A model generated the notes under the pieces. It was not told where the DNA came from. It ran no database searches and saw only the letters and a list, made by a program, of their open reading frames with translations. Of a DNA stretch of 64,000 nucleotides, positions 9,323 to 17,856 are shown piece after piece. This DNA is from Candidatus Iainarchaeum sp. (GTDB taxonomy: Archaea > Iainarchaeota > Iainarchaeia > Iainarchaeales > JAZDFD01): the NCBI GenBank assembly GCA_043808155.1, contig JAZDFD010000014.1, forward strand, positions 1-64,000, written 5' to 3'. The position numbers and the translations under genes are program-made. Within the stretch, counting starts at the first letter, position 1. Each line of letters begins with the position of its first letter.

Positions 9323-10261
9323 TTTCTCCAGAGACACAAATTCTTTTTTATTTCCTTTAAGTTTCAGATGCTTAACCATGTAAGATGTGAATGCTTTCGG
9401 AGTGAAAATTCCCTTTTCAGTAATAATTCCCTTTACATTTTTTGCTTCAGTAACATCAAATGCAGGATTTTTTATTGTGACATTCTTTATTTTCTGTTCC
9501 CAAATCTCATTCACATCTCTCTGTTCAATTACTTCTTCCTTCCCAAAATAAGTTGCAGGGTCAAACGCGTGTGAAGATGTGCATGCATAGTAAGGAATGT
9601 TTTTCTTTTTTGCAAACTCTGCAATTAGTGATGTTCCGATTTTATTTACAACATCTCCGTTTGCAATTACTGCGTCTGCACCGCTAAGAAAAATATCTGC
9701 TTCTGAAATGAAACTTGCACTTGCACTGTCAACAATGTGCGTAACAGGAATTCCAATTTTTGAAAGATTCAGTGTTGTGATTCTTCCCTGAAACCTTGGT
9801 CTTGTTTCAGTTGCAATAATGTGTTCAATTTTATTTTTCTTCCACGCAAGTTTAATAATTTCTTCAACAGTATGAGAATGACAGTGTGTAAAGACAACTT
9901 TTTTATTTTTGAAAAGTTTCAGACTATTTTCTGCAATTTTCTGCATTGCTTTTGTTTTGTTTTTTTCATAATCTGCAATTTCTTTCAGAACATATTTTTT
10001 AACTTCTTCAGCATTACCTTCTTTTGCTGCTGCTTTCAGAATAATTCTCACTGCAGTCCTTGTTTCAGGTTCAGTTGGCCTCACCATCAAAATTTTCGCT
10101 GCAGTTTTAATCTCTTCCCGTAACGCATTAGAACTTTTTGCATTTGATTCAGAAACAGTAACTTTAATGCCCTCAACAACTGCCTTCCTAACTTTTGAAG
10201 CACCCTGAATTTTCAGGCTTTTGATATCTTTTGCAATTTTTTTCGCAGTTGTAAAACTCAA
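9290..10261 (-). CDS. ribose-1,5-bisphosphate isomerase (eIF-2B family)
   Basis: IQGA, RPTEP, THCHS, ETRP, NKIGT and NPAFDVT motifs; lacks the MtnA N-terminal DQ/MxVRGAP segment; AMP phosphorylase nearby. Confidence 0.8.
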   Translation of the reverse strand: MSFTTAKKIAKDIKSLKIQGASKVRKAVVEGIKVTVSESNAKSSNALREEIKTAAKILMVRPTEPETRTAVRIILKAAAKEGNAEEVKKYVLKEIADYEKNKTKAMQKIAENSLKLFKNKKVVFTHCHSHTVEEIIKLAWKKNKIEHIIATETRPRFQGRITTLNLSKIGIPVTHIVDSASASFISEADIFLSGADAVIANGDVVNKIGTSLIAEFAKKKNIPYYACTSSHAFDPATYFGKEEVIEQRDVNEIWEQKIKNVTIKNPAFDVTEAKNVKGIITEKGIFTPKAFTSYMVKHLKLKGNKKEFVSLEKLLSGSKFYMS

Positions 10262-10378
10262 CTTAACACCTTTTTATGTATAACCGACTGAACAATGGTT
10301 TTAAAGCATTTTCATGAGGGAAGTCAGTATATTGTATTAATTTGTAATATTTAAACGTATTTGAGATGGGGGATATGC

Positions 10379-11497
10379 ATGGAGAGTTTTATTAAAAAAG
10401 CAGTTAAAAGAGCTAAAACTGAAGAAACCAGATCCAAACTTCCTAATTTGAGAGGAAAAGACGATGAAGAACTAATGAAGCTTCTGGAAATTTCACAGGC
10501 AAAAATCCGAGTTATTGGTGTCGGAGGCGGAGGAGGCAACACAATCCAGAGAATGACTGAAGTTGGAATTGTTGGTGCTGAAACAATTGCTATTAATACT
10601 GATGCTCAAGATCTTTTAGAAACACAGGCAGACAGAAAATTACTTATTGGAAGAGAATTAACAAGAGGTTTAGGTTCAGGCTCAGACCCTTCAATGGGCG
10701 AAGCTGCAGCACGTGAAAGTGTTGATGAATTAATGGAATACCTCTCAGACTCAGACCTTGTGTTTATCACCTGTGGAATGGGTGGCGGAACAGGAACTGG
10801 TGCTGCTCCAATAGTTTCAGAAATTGCAAAAGAATGCAAAGCACTTACAATTGGTGTTGTCACTTTGCCATTCACTGTTGAAGGAAAAAGAAGAATGGAA
10901 AACGCATTAAGCGGTTTAGCAAACTTACGAAAGCACTGCGACACTGTAATTGTAATTCCAAATGATAAGATTTTGGAAATTGCACCTGACTTACCCGTTA
11001 ACGCGGCATTCAAAGTAGCAGATGAAGTTCTTACAAACTCAGTAAAAGGAATTACTGAAATGGTTACAAAACCTGGATTAATTAACCTTGACTTTGCTGA
11101 CCTTAAAACAATCCTCAAACGTGGGGGGGCTGCAATGATTGGTCTGGGTGAATCTCAGAGCAACGAAATTTCAGACACTAGAGCTTTGGAAGCAGTTGAG
11201 AATGCTTTAACTTCTCCTTTGCTTGATGTTGACATTTCAGATGCTAACAGAGCACTAATAAATGTCATTGGCGGAAGTGATATGACTCTTAGAGAGGCTG
11301 AGATGATTGTGGAAACAGTTTCATCAAAAATCTCTCCAAATGCACATATTATTTGGGGTGCAATGATTGATGATGAAATTCCAAGAAACCAAATCCAGGC
11401 AATGGTTGTTGTCGCTGGGGGAAAATTCCCATACTTAGATTTTGCAGAAAAAGCCCAAAGTGATGAGCCTCTTGATTTAGGAATTGAGTTTACTTAA
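10379..11497 (+). CDS. ftsZ: cell division protein FtsZ
   Basis: GVGGGGGN, GMGGGTGTG tubulin signature and NLDFAD; ftsZ-secE-spt5 synteny. Confidence 0.97.
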   Translation: MESFIKKAVKRAKTEETRSKLPNLRGKDDEELMKLLEISQAKIRVIGVGGGGGNTIQRMTEVGIVGAETIAINTDAQDLLETQADRKLLIGRELTRGLGSGSDPSMGEAAARESVDELMEYLSDSDLVFITCGMGGGTGTGAAPIVSEIAKECKALTIGVVTLPFTVEGKRRMENALSGLANLRKHCDTVIVIPNDKILEIAPDLPVNAAFKVADEVLTNSVKGITEMVTKPGLINLDFADLKTILKRGGAAMIGLGESQSNEISDTRALEAVENALTSPLLDVDISDANRALINVIGGSDMTLREAEMIVETVSSKISPNAHIIWGAMIDDEIPRNQIQAMVVVAGGKFPYLDFAEKAQSDEPLDLGIEFT

Positions 11498-11503
11498 TTG
11501 GCA

Positions 11504-11568
11504 ATGGCACTTCAGTGCCATCTGCATTCGCCGGGCGTGACGGCGATTGAGTTCACGTAAGTGAATTC
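11504..11568. repeat. palindromic dispersed repeat, copy A
   Basis: Hairpin atggcac-ttca-gtgccat followed by gccgggcgtgacggc; reverse complement matches 26150-26189. Confidence 0.75.
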
Positions 11569-11643
11569 TAATTTTCTTTTTTTCCTTTTCTTTGCAAGCT
11601 AAAGCTTTATAAACTATCCTCAGTCCTAATTATTAGTGATTTT

Positions 11644-11820
11644 ATGGTTTTAAACTACATTACAAAATTCCGTGATGATACAAAAAGAATCTTCACAATT
11701 TCAAAGAAGCCCACATGGGAAGAATTTAAGGTAATGGCAAAAGTCACAGGAATAGGCATACTTATAATCGGCATTATTGGCTTTTTTGTAAGCTTAATAT
11801 TTGCTTTCATTAAGGTTTAA
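11644..11820 (+). CDS. secE: protein translocase subunit SecE (Sec61 gamma)
   Basis: Manual 58-aa ORF: RIFTISKKPTWEEFKVMAKVTGIGILIIGIIGF; located between ftsZ and spt5. Confidence 0.92.
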   Translation: MVLNYITKFRDDTKRIFTISKKPTWEEFKVMAKVTGIGILIIGIIGFFVSLIFAFIKV

Positions 11821-11890
11821 GGAGTAAGCTTTTTAATGGTTTTAGAGCGTGATTTTTTTTAACACTCATTTATATTTAAAGTGATTTTAT

Positions 11891-12331
11891 ATGATTTTTC
11901 CAGTAAGAACAACAGTAGGACAAGAGCAGTTAGTTGTAGATATACTTAGCAATAAGATTACAAATGAAGAACTGAACATTTACTCAATTGCAGTAATCCC
12001 TGGTTTAAAGGGTTATATACTGATTGAAGCAGATAATGAAGTTACTGTAAGACGAGGAATTACAGGAACTCCGCATATTAAAGGCTCAGGAATTGTAAAA
12101 GGCGCAGTTAATATTAATGAACTTTCAACTTTGCTTGATGCAAAACCTTTAATGAAATCAATTAAACCCGGAATGACAATTGAATTAATTTCCGGACCAT
12201 TCAAAGGTGAAAAAGCAAGAGTTTTAAGAGTTAATGATACTAAGGAAGAAGTAACAATTGAGCTTTTGGAAGCTGCAGTCAAAATTCCAGTAACAACAAA
12301 AGCAGAAACAATAAAAATTATAAAGGACTGA
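11891..12331 (+). CDS. spt5: transcription elongation factor Spt5/NusG
   Basis: RTTVGQE, KGYILIEA and KOW motif GPFKGEKARV. Confidence 0.95.
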   Translation: MIFPVRTTVGQEQLVVDILSNKITNEELNIYSIAVIPGLKGYILIEADNEVTVRRGITGTPHIKGSGIVKGAVNINELSTLLDAKPLMKSIKPGMTIELISGPFKGEKARVLRVNDTKEEVTIELLEAAVKIPVTTKAETIKIIKD

Positions 12332-12336
12332 TTGAA

Positions 12337-12810
12337 ATGCCAGAAGTAAGTGTATTAATTGACGGTGGAAAAGCAACTGCAGCAGCACCATTAGGGCCTG
12401 CATTAGGGCCAATGGGTGTAGACATTGGAGCAGTTGTTGCTAAAATCAATGAAAAAACAAAAGATTTTTCAGGAATGAAAGTTCCGGTAAAAGTAATAAT
12501 TGATTCAACTAATAAAAGTTTTGAAATTAAGGTTGGTTCTCCTCCTGTTTCAGCACTGATTAAAAAAGAACTCAATATTAAAAAAGCAGGAACTGATCAC
12601 AAAGTAGATCACGCAGGAAACTTAACTATTGAACAGGCATTAAAAATTGCAAAAATGAAAATTGACAATTTAATTTCATACACTATGAAATCCGCAATGA
12701 AAGAAATCGCAGGAACCTGCAGATCAATGTCGGTCACAATTGACGGCAAAAGTCCAGCAGAATTCAGCGCAGATGTAAATGCTGGGAAATACGATTCTGT
12801 TTTGCAGTAA
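12337..12810 (+). CDS. rpl11: 50S ribosomal protein L11
   Basis: GGKATAAAPLGPALGP and GMKVPVKV. Confidence 0.95.
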   Translation: MPEVSVLIDGGKATAAAPLGPALGPMGVDIGAVVAKINEKTKDFSGMKVPVKVIIDSTNKSFEIKVGSPPVSALIKKELNIKKAGTDHKVDHAGNLTIEQALKIAKMKIDNLISYTMKSAMKEIAGTCRSMSVTIDGKSPAEFSADVNAGKYDSVLQ

Positions 12811-12829
12811 GTTTGGTTCTCGCCCACAA

Positions 12830-12938
12830 CCTATTTAAACCTTTCTAGATGACAATTACTAATTAATAGCGCTAATTTTAGCGCCGTTTGTACTACCTGT
12901 CTCCTTTTGAGGAGAGCCCCTGGTAGGAGGTAATTAAA
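12830..12938 (+). promoter_or_regulatory. putative internal promoter and structured leader of rpl1-rplP0-rpl12
   Basis: TATTTAAA box near 12832; hairpin gcgctaa/ttagcgc; ctacc..tctcct-tttg-aggaga..ggtag stem abutting the GGAGGT RBS. Confidence 0.4.
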
Positions 12939-13592
12939 GTGGACATGAAAAATGCACTAGAATCTCTGAAGAAGGTAAATGAAACCTCAAAAGAGAGAAA
13001 ATTCGCTCAGAGCATTGAACTGATAATCAATTTCAGAGGTTTGAATTTCAAGAAACCAGAGAACCAAATAGACGTAAGAGTAGAATTACCTCATGCAACA
13101 GGAAAAATCTCAGGAAAATCACTTCTTTTTGCAAAGGACACAACCTTTGTCGCATCTGTAAAAAACAAAGTTGACCGCATTATAATGGAAGAAGAAATTT
13201 CCAAACTAAGCAAAAAAGATGTAGGTTTGATTATTTCACAATTTGATATTTTAATGGCTGAAGGCCCCGTAATGCTGACAGTTGGTAAACATTTAGGTCA
13301 GATTTTAGCACCTAAAGGAAAAATGCCAAGTCCTGTTCAGCCAACTGACTCTTCAGTAAGACAAACATTAACTAAATTAAGCACAGCAACAAGAGTCACA
13401 AACAAAAAAGGAAAATTTATGCCTTTAGTTCAGGTTGTTGTTGGAAAAGAAGGAATGCCGGAAAATGACATTGCTGAAAATATGGTTGCTGTTTATAATT
13501 CTGTTTTAAATTCATTGCCTGGTAAAAAACAAAACATCAAAAACATCTATGTAAAGAAAACAATGAGTCCCGCAGTAAAGGTGGTGGAATAA
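12939..13592 (+). CDS. rpl1: 50S ribosomal protein L1
   Basis: RKFAQSIELIINF, LGQILAPKGKMP and KTMSP. Confidence 0.95.
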   Translation: MDMKNALESLKKVNETSKERKFAQSIELIINFRGLNFKKPENQIDVRVELPHATGKISGKSLLFAKDTTFVASVKNKVDRIIMEEEISKLSKKDVGLIISQFDILMAEGPVMLTVGKHLGQILAPKGKMPSPVQPTDSSVRQTLTKLSTATRVTNKKGKFMPLVQVVVGKEGMPENDIAENMVAVYNSVLNSLPGKKQNIKNIYVKKTMSPAVKVVE

Positions 13593-14704
13593 TGACAAGA
13601 CACATTTTTGTATGGAAAGAAAAAGAAGTTACTGAAATCAAAGAACTTCTCTCAAAGTATCCTGTTGTTGCAGTTGCAAACTTAGAAAACTTCCCTGCAT
13701 CACTATTTCAGGAAACAAGAAAAAAATTAGCTGGAAAAGCAGTAATTAAAGTTTCAAAAACAAGAGTAATTCAGAAAGCACTTGCAGGAGGCAAATCTGA
13801 AAAACTCTCAGAAAATGTATCAAAATCAGTTGCATTAATTTTTACTGAAATGAATCCTTTCGAACTTTACGGCTTCTTAAAAAAGAACAAAGGTTCAACT
13901 TCTGCAAAATCAGGAATGGTAGCACCTGCAGATATTGTTGTTCCTGCAGGTGACACAGGATTGCCACCAGGACCTGCACTTTCAGATTTAAAAGCAGCAG
14001 GATTAAAAACAAAAATTGAGGGTTCAACAATTGCAGTTGCAGAAGATAAAGTTGTAACAAAAAAAGGAGACATAATTTCAAAAGCAGTTGCAAACTGCCT
14101 TATAAAATTAGATATCAAACCAATTAAAGTCGGGCTTAACATTGTCGCAGTACTTGAAAACGGAGAGATTTACAGAAGCGAAGTTCTTAACATTGATGCA
14201 GATGAAGTATTTGCAAACTTTTCAAGAGCTTATACTGCAGCTTTCAATCTTGCATACAATGCAAACTACCTGACTAAAGATACAATTGTTTTCGTCATCC
14301 AAAAATCATTCAGAGAAGCAAAAGCAGTTGCTCTGGAAGCAAATATTTTCACACAGGAAACAGTTGAGGAATTGTTTGGTAAAGCTTCACTACAGGCTGA
14401 CTCTTTACAATCTTCATTACCTGAAGTAATGGTTGAGGACAAAGCAGAAGCACCTGCAAAAGAAGAGAAAGCAGAAAAGAAGAAAGAGAAAGCAAAACCT
14501 GCAGAAGAAAAATCAGAAGAAAAAAAAGAAACATCTGCAGAAAAGAAAGCAGAACAAGCACCTGCAGAAGATAAAAAAGCAAAACCTGCAGAAGAGAAAA
14601 AAGAAAAAACTAACGAAAAAGAAAAAAAGAAAACAAATACTGCAAAAGAAAAAAATGCAGCAAAAAAGGATACTGATAAATCAAAAAATAAAAAATCAGA
14701 ATAA
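13592..14704 (+). CDS. rplP0: 50S ribosomal protein L10/P0 with long Lys/Glu-rich tail
   Basis: WKEKEV, NPFELY and PAGDTGLPPGP; position between rpl1 and rpl12. Confidence 0.93.
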   Translation: MTRHIFVWKEKEVTEIKELLSKYPVVAVANLENFPASLFQETRKKLAGKAVIKVSKTRVIQKALAGGKSEKLSENVSKSVALIFTEMNPFELYGFLKKNKGSTSAKSGMVAPADIVVPAGDTGLPPGPALSDLKAAGLKTKIEGSTIAVAEDKVVTKKGDIISKAVANCLIKLDIKPIKVGLNIVAVLENGEIYRSEVLNIDADEVFANFSRAYTAAFNLAYNANYLTKDTIVFVIQKSFREAKAVALEANIFTQETVEELFGKASLQADSLQSSLPEVMVEDKAEAPAKEEKAEKKKEKAKPAEEKSEEKKETSAEKKAEQAPAEDKKAKPAEEKKEKTNEKEKKKTNTAKEKNAAKKDTDKSKNKKSE

Positions 14705-14728
14705 TTATGAATGAATGGAGGGAATAGA

Positions 14729-15034
14729 ATGGAGTACGTATATAGTGCTATGTTGTTGCACTCTGCTGGCAAAGAAATTACTGAAAAAGCAGTCACAGAT
14801 ATTGTGAAAGCAGCAGGCGTCGATGTTGACAGCTCAAGAGTTAAAGCATTGATTTCAGCTCTTAAAGATATTAACATTGAAGAAGCAATAAAGAAAGCAG
14901 CAGTTGTTCAGGCAGCAGCCCCCACAGCAGCTCCCGCAGCCGGCGGTGCAGATTCAGCAAAAGCAGAAAAGAAAGAAGAAGAAAAAAAGACAGAGGAAGA
15001 AGCTGCACAGGGCCTAAGTAGTCTTTTCGGCTAA
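14729..15034 (+). CDS. rpl12: 50S ribosomal protein L12/P1
   Basis: [11 protein letters not shown] start and GLSSLFG C-terminus. Confidence 0.95.
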   Translation: MEYVYSAMLLHSAGKEITEKAVTDIVKAAGVDVDSSRVKALISALKDINIEEAIKKAAVVQAAAPTAAPAAGGADSAKAEKKEEEKKTEEEAAQGLSSLFG

Positions 15035-15066
15035 AACCCTCTTTCTTTACTTTTTTTTCTTTTTTG
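15035..15066 (+). terminator. oligo-T archaeal terminator
   Basis: T-rich tract cttttttttcttttt directly after rpl12. Confidence 0.5.
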
Positions 15067-15102
15067 GAAAACTTATTTAAATAGATTTAACTTATTTTAT
15101 AG

Positions 15103-17394
15103 ATGAAATCATTCACTGCTAAATGCATTTTTTTGATATTTTTACTTGTTCTTACAGTAAATGCATCTGCAATAATCACTGAATCATCTTTGGATTTATT
15201 TGCAGTTACTGATGCCGGAGATGCAATGACTGCAAACCTGACACTCACGATTAAAAATGGCAATGGAAAAGTATGGAGTTCTGTTACTCCCTTGGTCGGA
15301 ACAACAACTCAAAATACTGAACGAATTGCAGTAGAACTCGCAAAAAACTATTTCACTGGTGTTGAAAAGTATGATTATCACTTTCAGATTCAAAGTTCTG
15401 CATCACTTGTAGAAGGCCCGTCTGCAGGTGCTGCAATGGCACTGCTTGTAATTTCAATGCTTCAGGACAAAACAATTCCTGATGATGTTGGTTTAACTGG
15501 AACAATAACTCTTGAAGGGGGCGTGGGTTCTGTTGGTGGTGTTTTTGAAAAAAGTAAAAAAGCATCTGAAATCGGAAAAAAACTATTTATGATTCCCCGA
15601 GGGGAAGCGAGACAGATTGTGAAATTGGAAGATGGAGTTCAGTCAATAAATCTTGTTGAATATGCAGAAGAAAACTGGGGCCTGAAAGTTGTTGAAGTTG
15701 ATGATATTGATGATGTTATTTCATATGCGTTTTCAGATATTGAACAAATTGATGTAAACAAAGAGTTCACTGCCATTCCTGAATTCATACCCGCATCCGT
15801 GCAAAGAGATGCTCATTTGGATGTAATGAACGAACTCACAAAACTTTACATCAACAAAGCAGATTCAAAAATAAATGAAGCAAAGAATGCGCTTTCAGGT
15901 TCTTTAATCCAAGATCACGGAGCTATTGGCACATTATATGAAATACTAAATTCTGGCGAAAAAGCAATTTCCGAAGCACGCCTGCTAATTGATCAAAATT
16001 ATCTTTACTCTGCAGCAAACTATTCTTTTCTTGCGTATGTAAATGCTGCGCTTGTGCATGATATTGCAATTAATCCTTCACTGCTTAATTTGGATTCGGA
16101 AATATTCATTACAAAAGTAGATGAACTTGAATCAGACATACAGTCACTGCAATCGGATTTGTCAAACAATGTGCCACTTGATTATCTTGAATGGCATATT
16201 TCTGCACAACAGCGTTTAACTTATGCTGATAACCAGCTAACAGAACTGAAAAATACAGAAATTGTTATAATTGGAGGCGGAGATGATACGTTCGCAGCAC
16301 TTGAAAGAATAACTGAGTATGAGTATGCAAAAGCATGGTATGAGGTTGCAAGTGATTTTTATGGGATTTCTAAATCCACTCTTAGAAAAGCGAGGCCAGA
16401 CAATAGTTTTGAGGAACTTGCATCTGAAAAACTCACAAAAGCAGAAGATGCTTTGCAAATTCTGAATGAAGAAGCGAATGCAGATATTTTCAGACGAGCG
16501 GATTCTGCAAAAACCCAGTTCAACAGAAAATGGTATCTTGGTTCTTTATTTGATTCTGCAGCTGCAGTTTCATTAGCCGAGTCTGAACTCGCAATTAAAG
16601 ATAAAACCGCAGATGAATTAATTGAATTACTTGATAAAAAAATAACTGAAACAGAACAAACAATGGCTCAGAGCAAAATGTCATTTATCTGGTCACGCCT
16701 TTATTTAGATCATGCAAAATATTACTACAATGCAGCCGTATTCTACAAAGAAAACAATTTGGGAATGCGCTCTCTTGATGCTGCAAAAAATGGAATAGGT
16801 CTTGCATATTTAGCAGAAGGAATTGTGGAACCTTCAATCGAAATTTATAATTATTATGCAACCATGTCACCTGAAGATTATATTCAGGAAAATAAAACAG
16901 TTGTTAGCGTGAAAGAAGACTCACCTTACTTGATGCTGCTTTTAGTTCTCATTTTAGCACTTACAATTCTGTTAGTTGTTCTCACAATTGTAAAAATAAT
17001 GTATACCAAGAAGCATCCAAAACAATCTATTGAACATCAGATTGGAAGCATGAAGAAAATCCAGCATGATTTAGATACCTCACTTGCGAGCAAAAAAATA
17101 AGTGCAAACAAATATCACGAACTTAGTAATGAATACCAGAAACAAATCGATTTATTGCTTTCTGAACGTGTGAAAAGAAGCCATAAAATAGTTGAAATAG
17201 ATAATCTCAATGCACGTTTGCATTCATACCGGCAGGCATTGCGTGATTTAGAAAAACATTATGCACAGGAACTCATTCTTGAAGAAGATTATAAACGAAA
17301 TGTACACTTTTATAAAGAATCAATTGACTATTTGGAAAAACTAATTGAAAATGAACAAAAAGATGTGAAAAAAATACCCAAACCACTGAAATAA
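15103..17394 (+). CDS. membrane-anchored Lon-like (S16) serine protease without ATPase domain
   Basis: Signal peptide, EGPSAG catalytic Ser, TGTI..G.VG.VGGVFEK catalytic Lys, late TM helix. Confidence 0.85.
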   Translation: MKSFTAKCIFLIFLLVLTVNASAIITESSLDLFAVTDAGDAMTANLTLTIKNGNGKVWSSVTPLVGTTTQNTERIAVELAKNYFTGVEKYDYHFQIQSSASLVEGPSAGAAMALLVISMLQDKTIPDDVGLTGTITLEGGVGSVGGVFEKSKKASEIGKKLFMIPRGEARQIVKLEDGVQSINLVEYAEENWGLKVVEVDDIDDVISYAFSDIEQIDVNKEFTAIPEFIPASVQRDAHLDVMNELTKLYINKADSKINEAKNALSGSLIQDHGAIGTLYEILNSGEKAISEARLLIDQNYLYSAANYSFLAYVNAALVHDIAINPSLLNLDSEIFITKVDELESDIQSLQSDLSNNVPLDYLEWHISAQQRLTYADNQLTELKNTEIVIIGGGDDTFAALERITEYEYAKAWYEVASDFYGISKSTLRKARPDNSFEELASEKLTKAEDALQILNEEANADIFRRADSAKTQFNRKWYLGSLFDSAAAVSLAESELAIKDKTADELIELLDKKITETEQTMAQSKMSFIWSRLYLDHAKYYYNAAVFYKENNLGMRSLDAAKNGIGLAYLAEGIVEPSIEIYNYYATMSPEDYIQENKTVVSVKEDSPYLMLLLVLILALTILLVVLTIVKIMYTKKHPKQSIEHQIGSMKKIQHDLDTSLASKKISANKYHELSNEYQKQIDLLLSERVKRSHKIVEIDNLNARLHSYRQALRDLEKHYAQELILEEDYKRNVHFYKESIDYLEKLIENEQKDVKKIPKPLK

Positions 17395-17428
17395 GAAACC
17401 TTATAAATAACTAATTCATTATATTTCC

Positions 17429-17845
17429 ATGATTGCAGAATCTGAACTTATTTTGAAACTTGTTATTTCTGTTTTATTAGGTTCCACTGTTGGAATTGAA
17501 AGAGAAATGCATCAGAGTTCTGCAGGAATGAGAACCCATGCGCTTGTTGCATTAGGTGCCACGATTTTCACAATAATGTCATTAACCTTTCTTGATGATT
17601 CCACAAGAATTGCTGCGGGAATTGTCACAGGAATTGGATTTATAGGTGCTGGTGCAATTTTCAGATCTGAAAATAAAGTAACAGGACTTACAACTGCAGC
17701 TAATCTTTGGGTTGTTGCTGCAATAGGTCTGGCAGTAGGTATTGGTTATTACTATGTGGCAGTTGCTGCTGCAATAATAATTATTGTAATTTTAATAGTC
17801 GGCAGAATATTTGAAAAAAAAGCATTAAACAGACGAGAGCATTAA
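17429..17845 (+). CDS. MgtC/SapB family membrane protein
   Basis: GIERE..AGMRTH, RIAAGIVTGIGFIGAG and GLTTAA. Confidence 0.9.
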   Translation: MIAESELILKLVISVLLGSTVGIEREMHQSSAGMRTHALVALGATIFTIMSLTFLDDSTRIAAGIVTGIGFIGAGAIFRSENKVTGLTTAANLWVVAAIGLAVGIGYYYVAVAAAIIIIVILIVGRIFEKKALNRREH

Positions 17846-17856
17846 ATAAATTTTAA

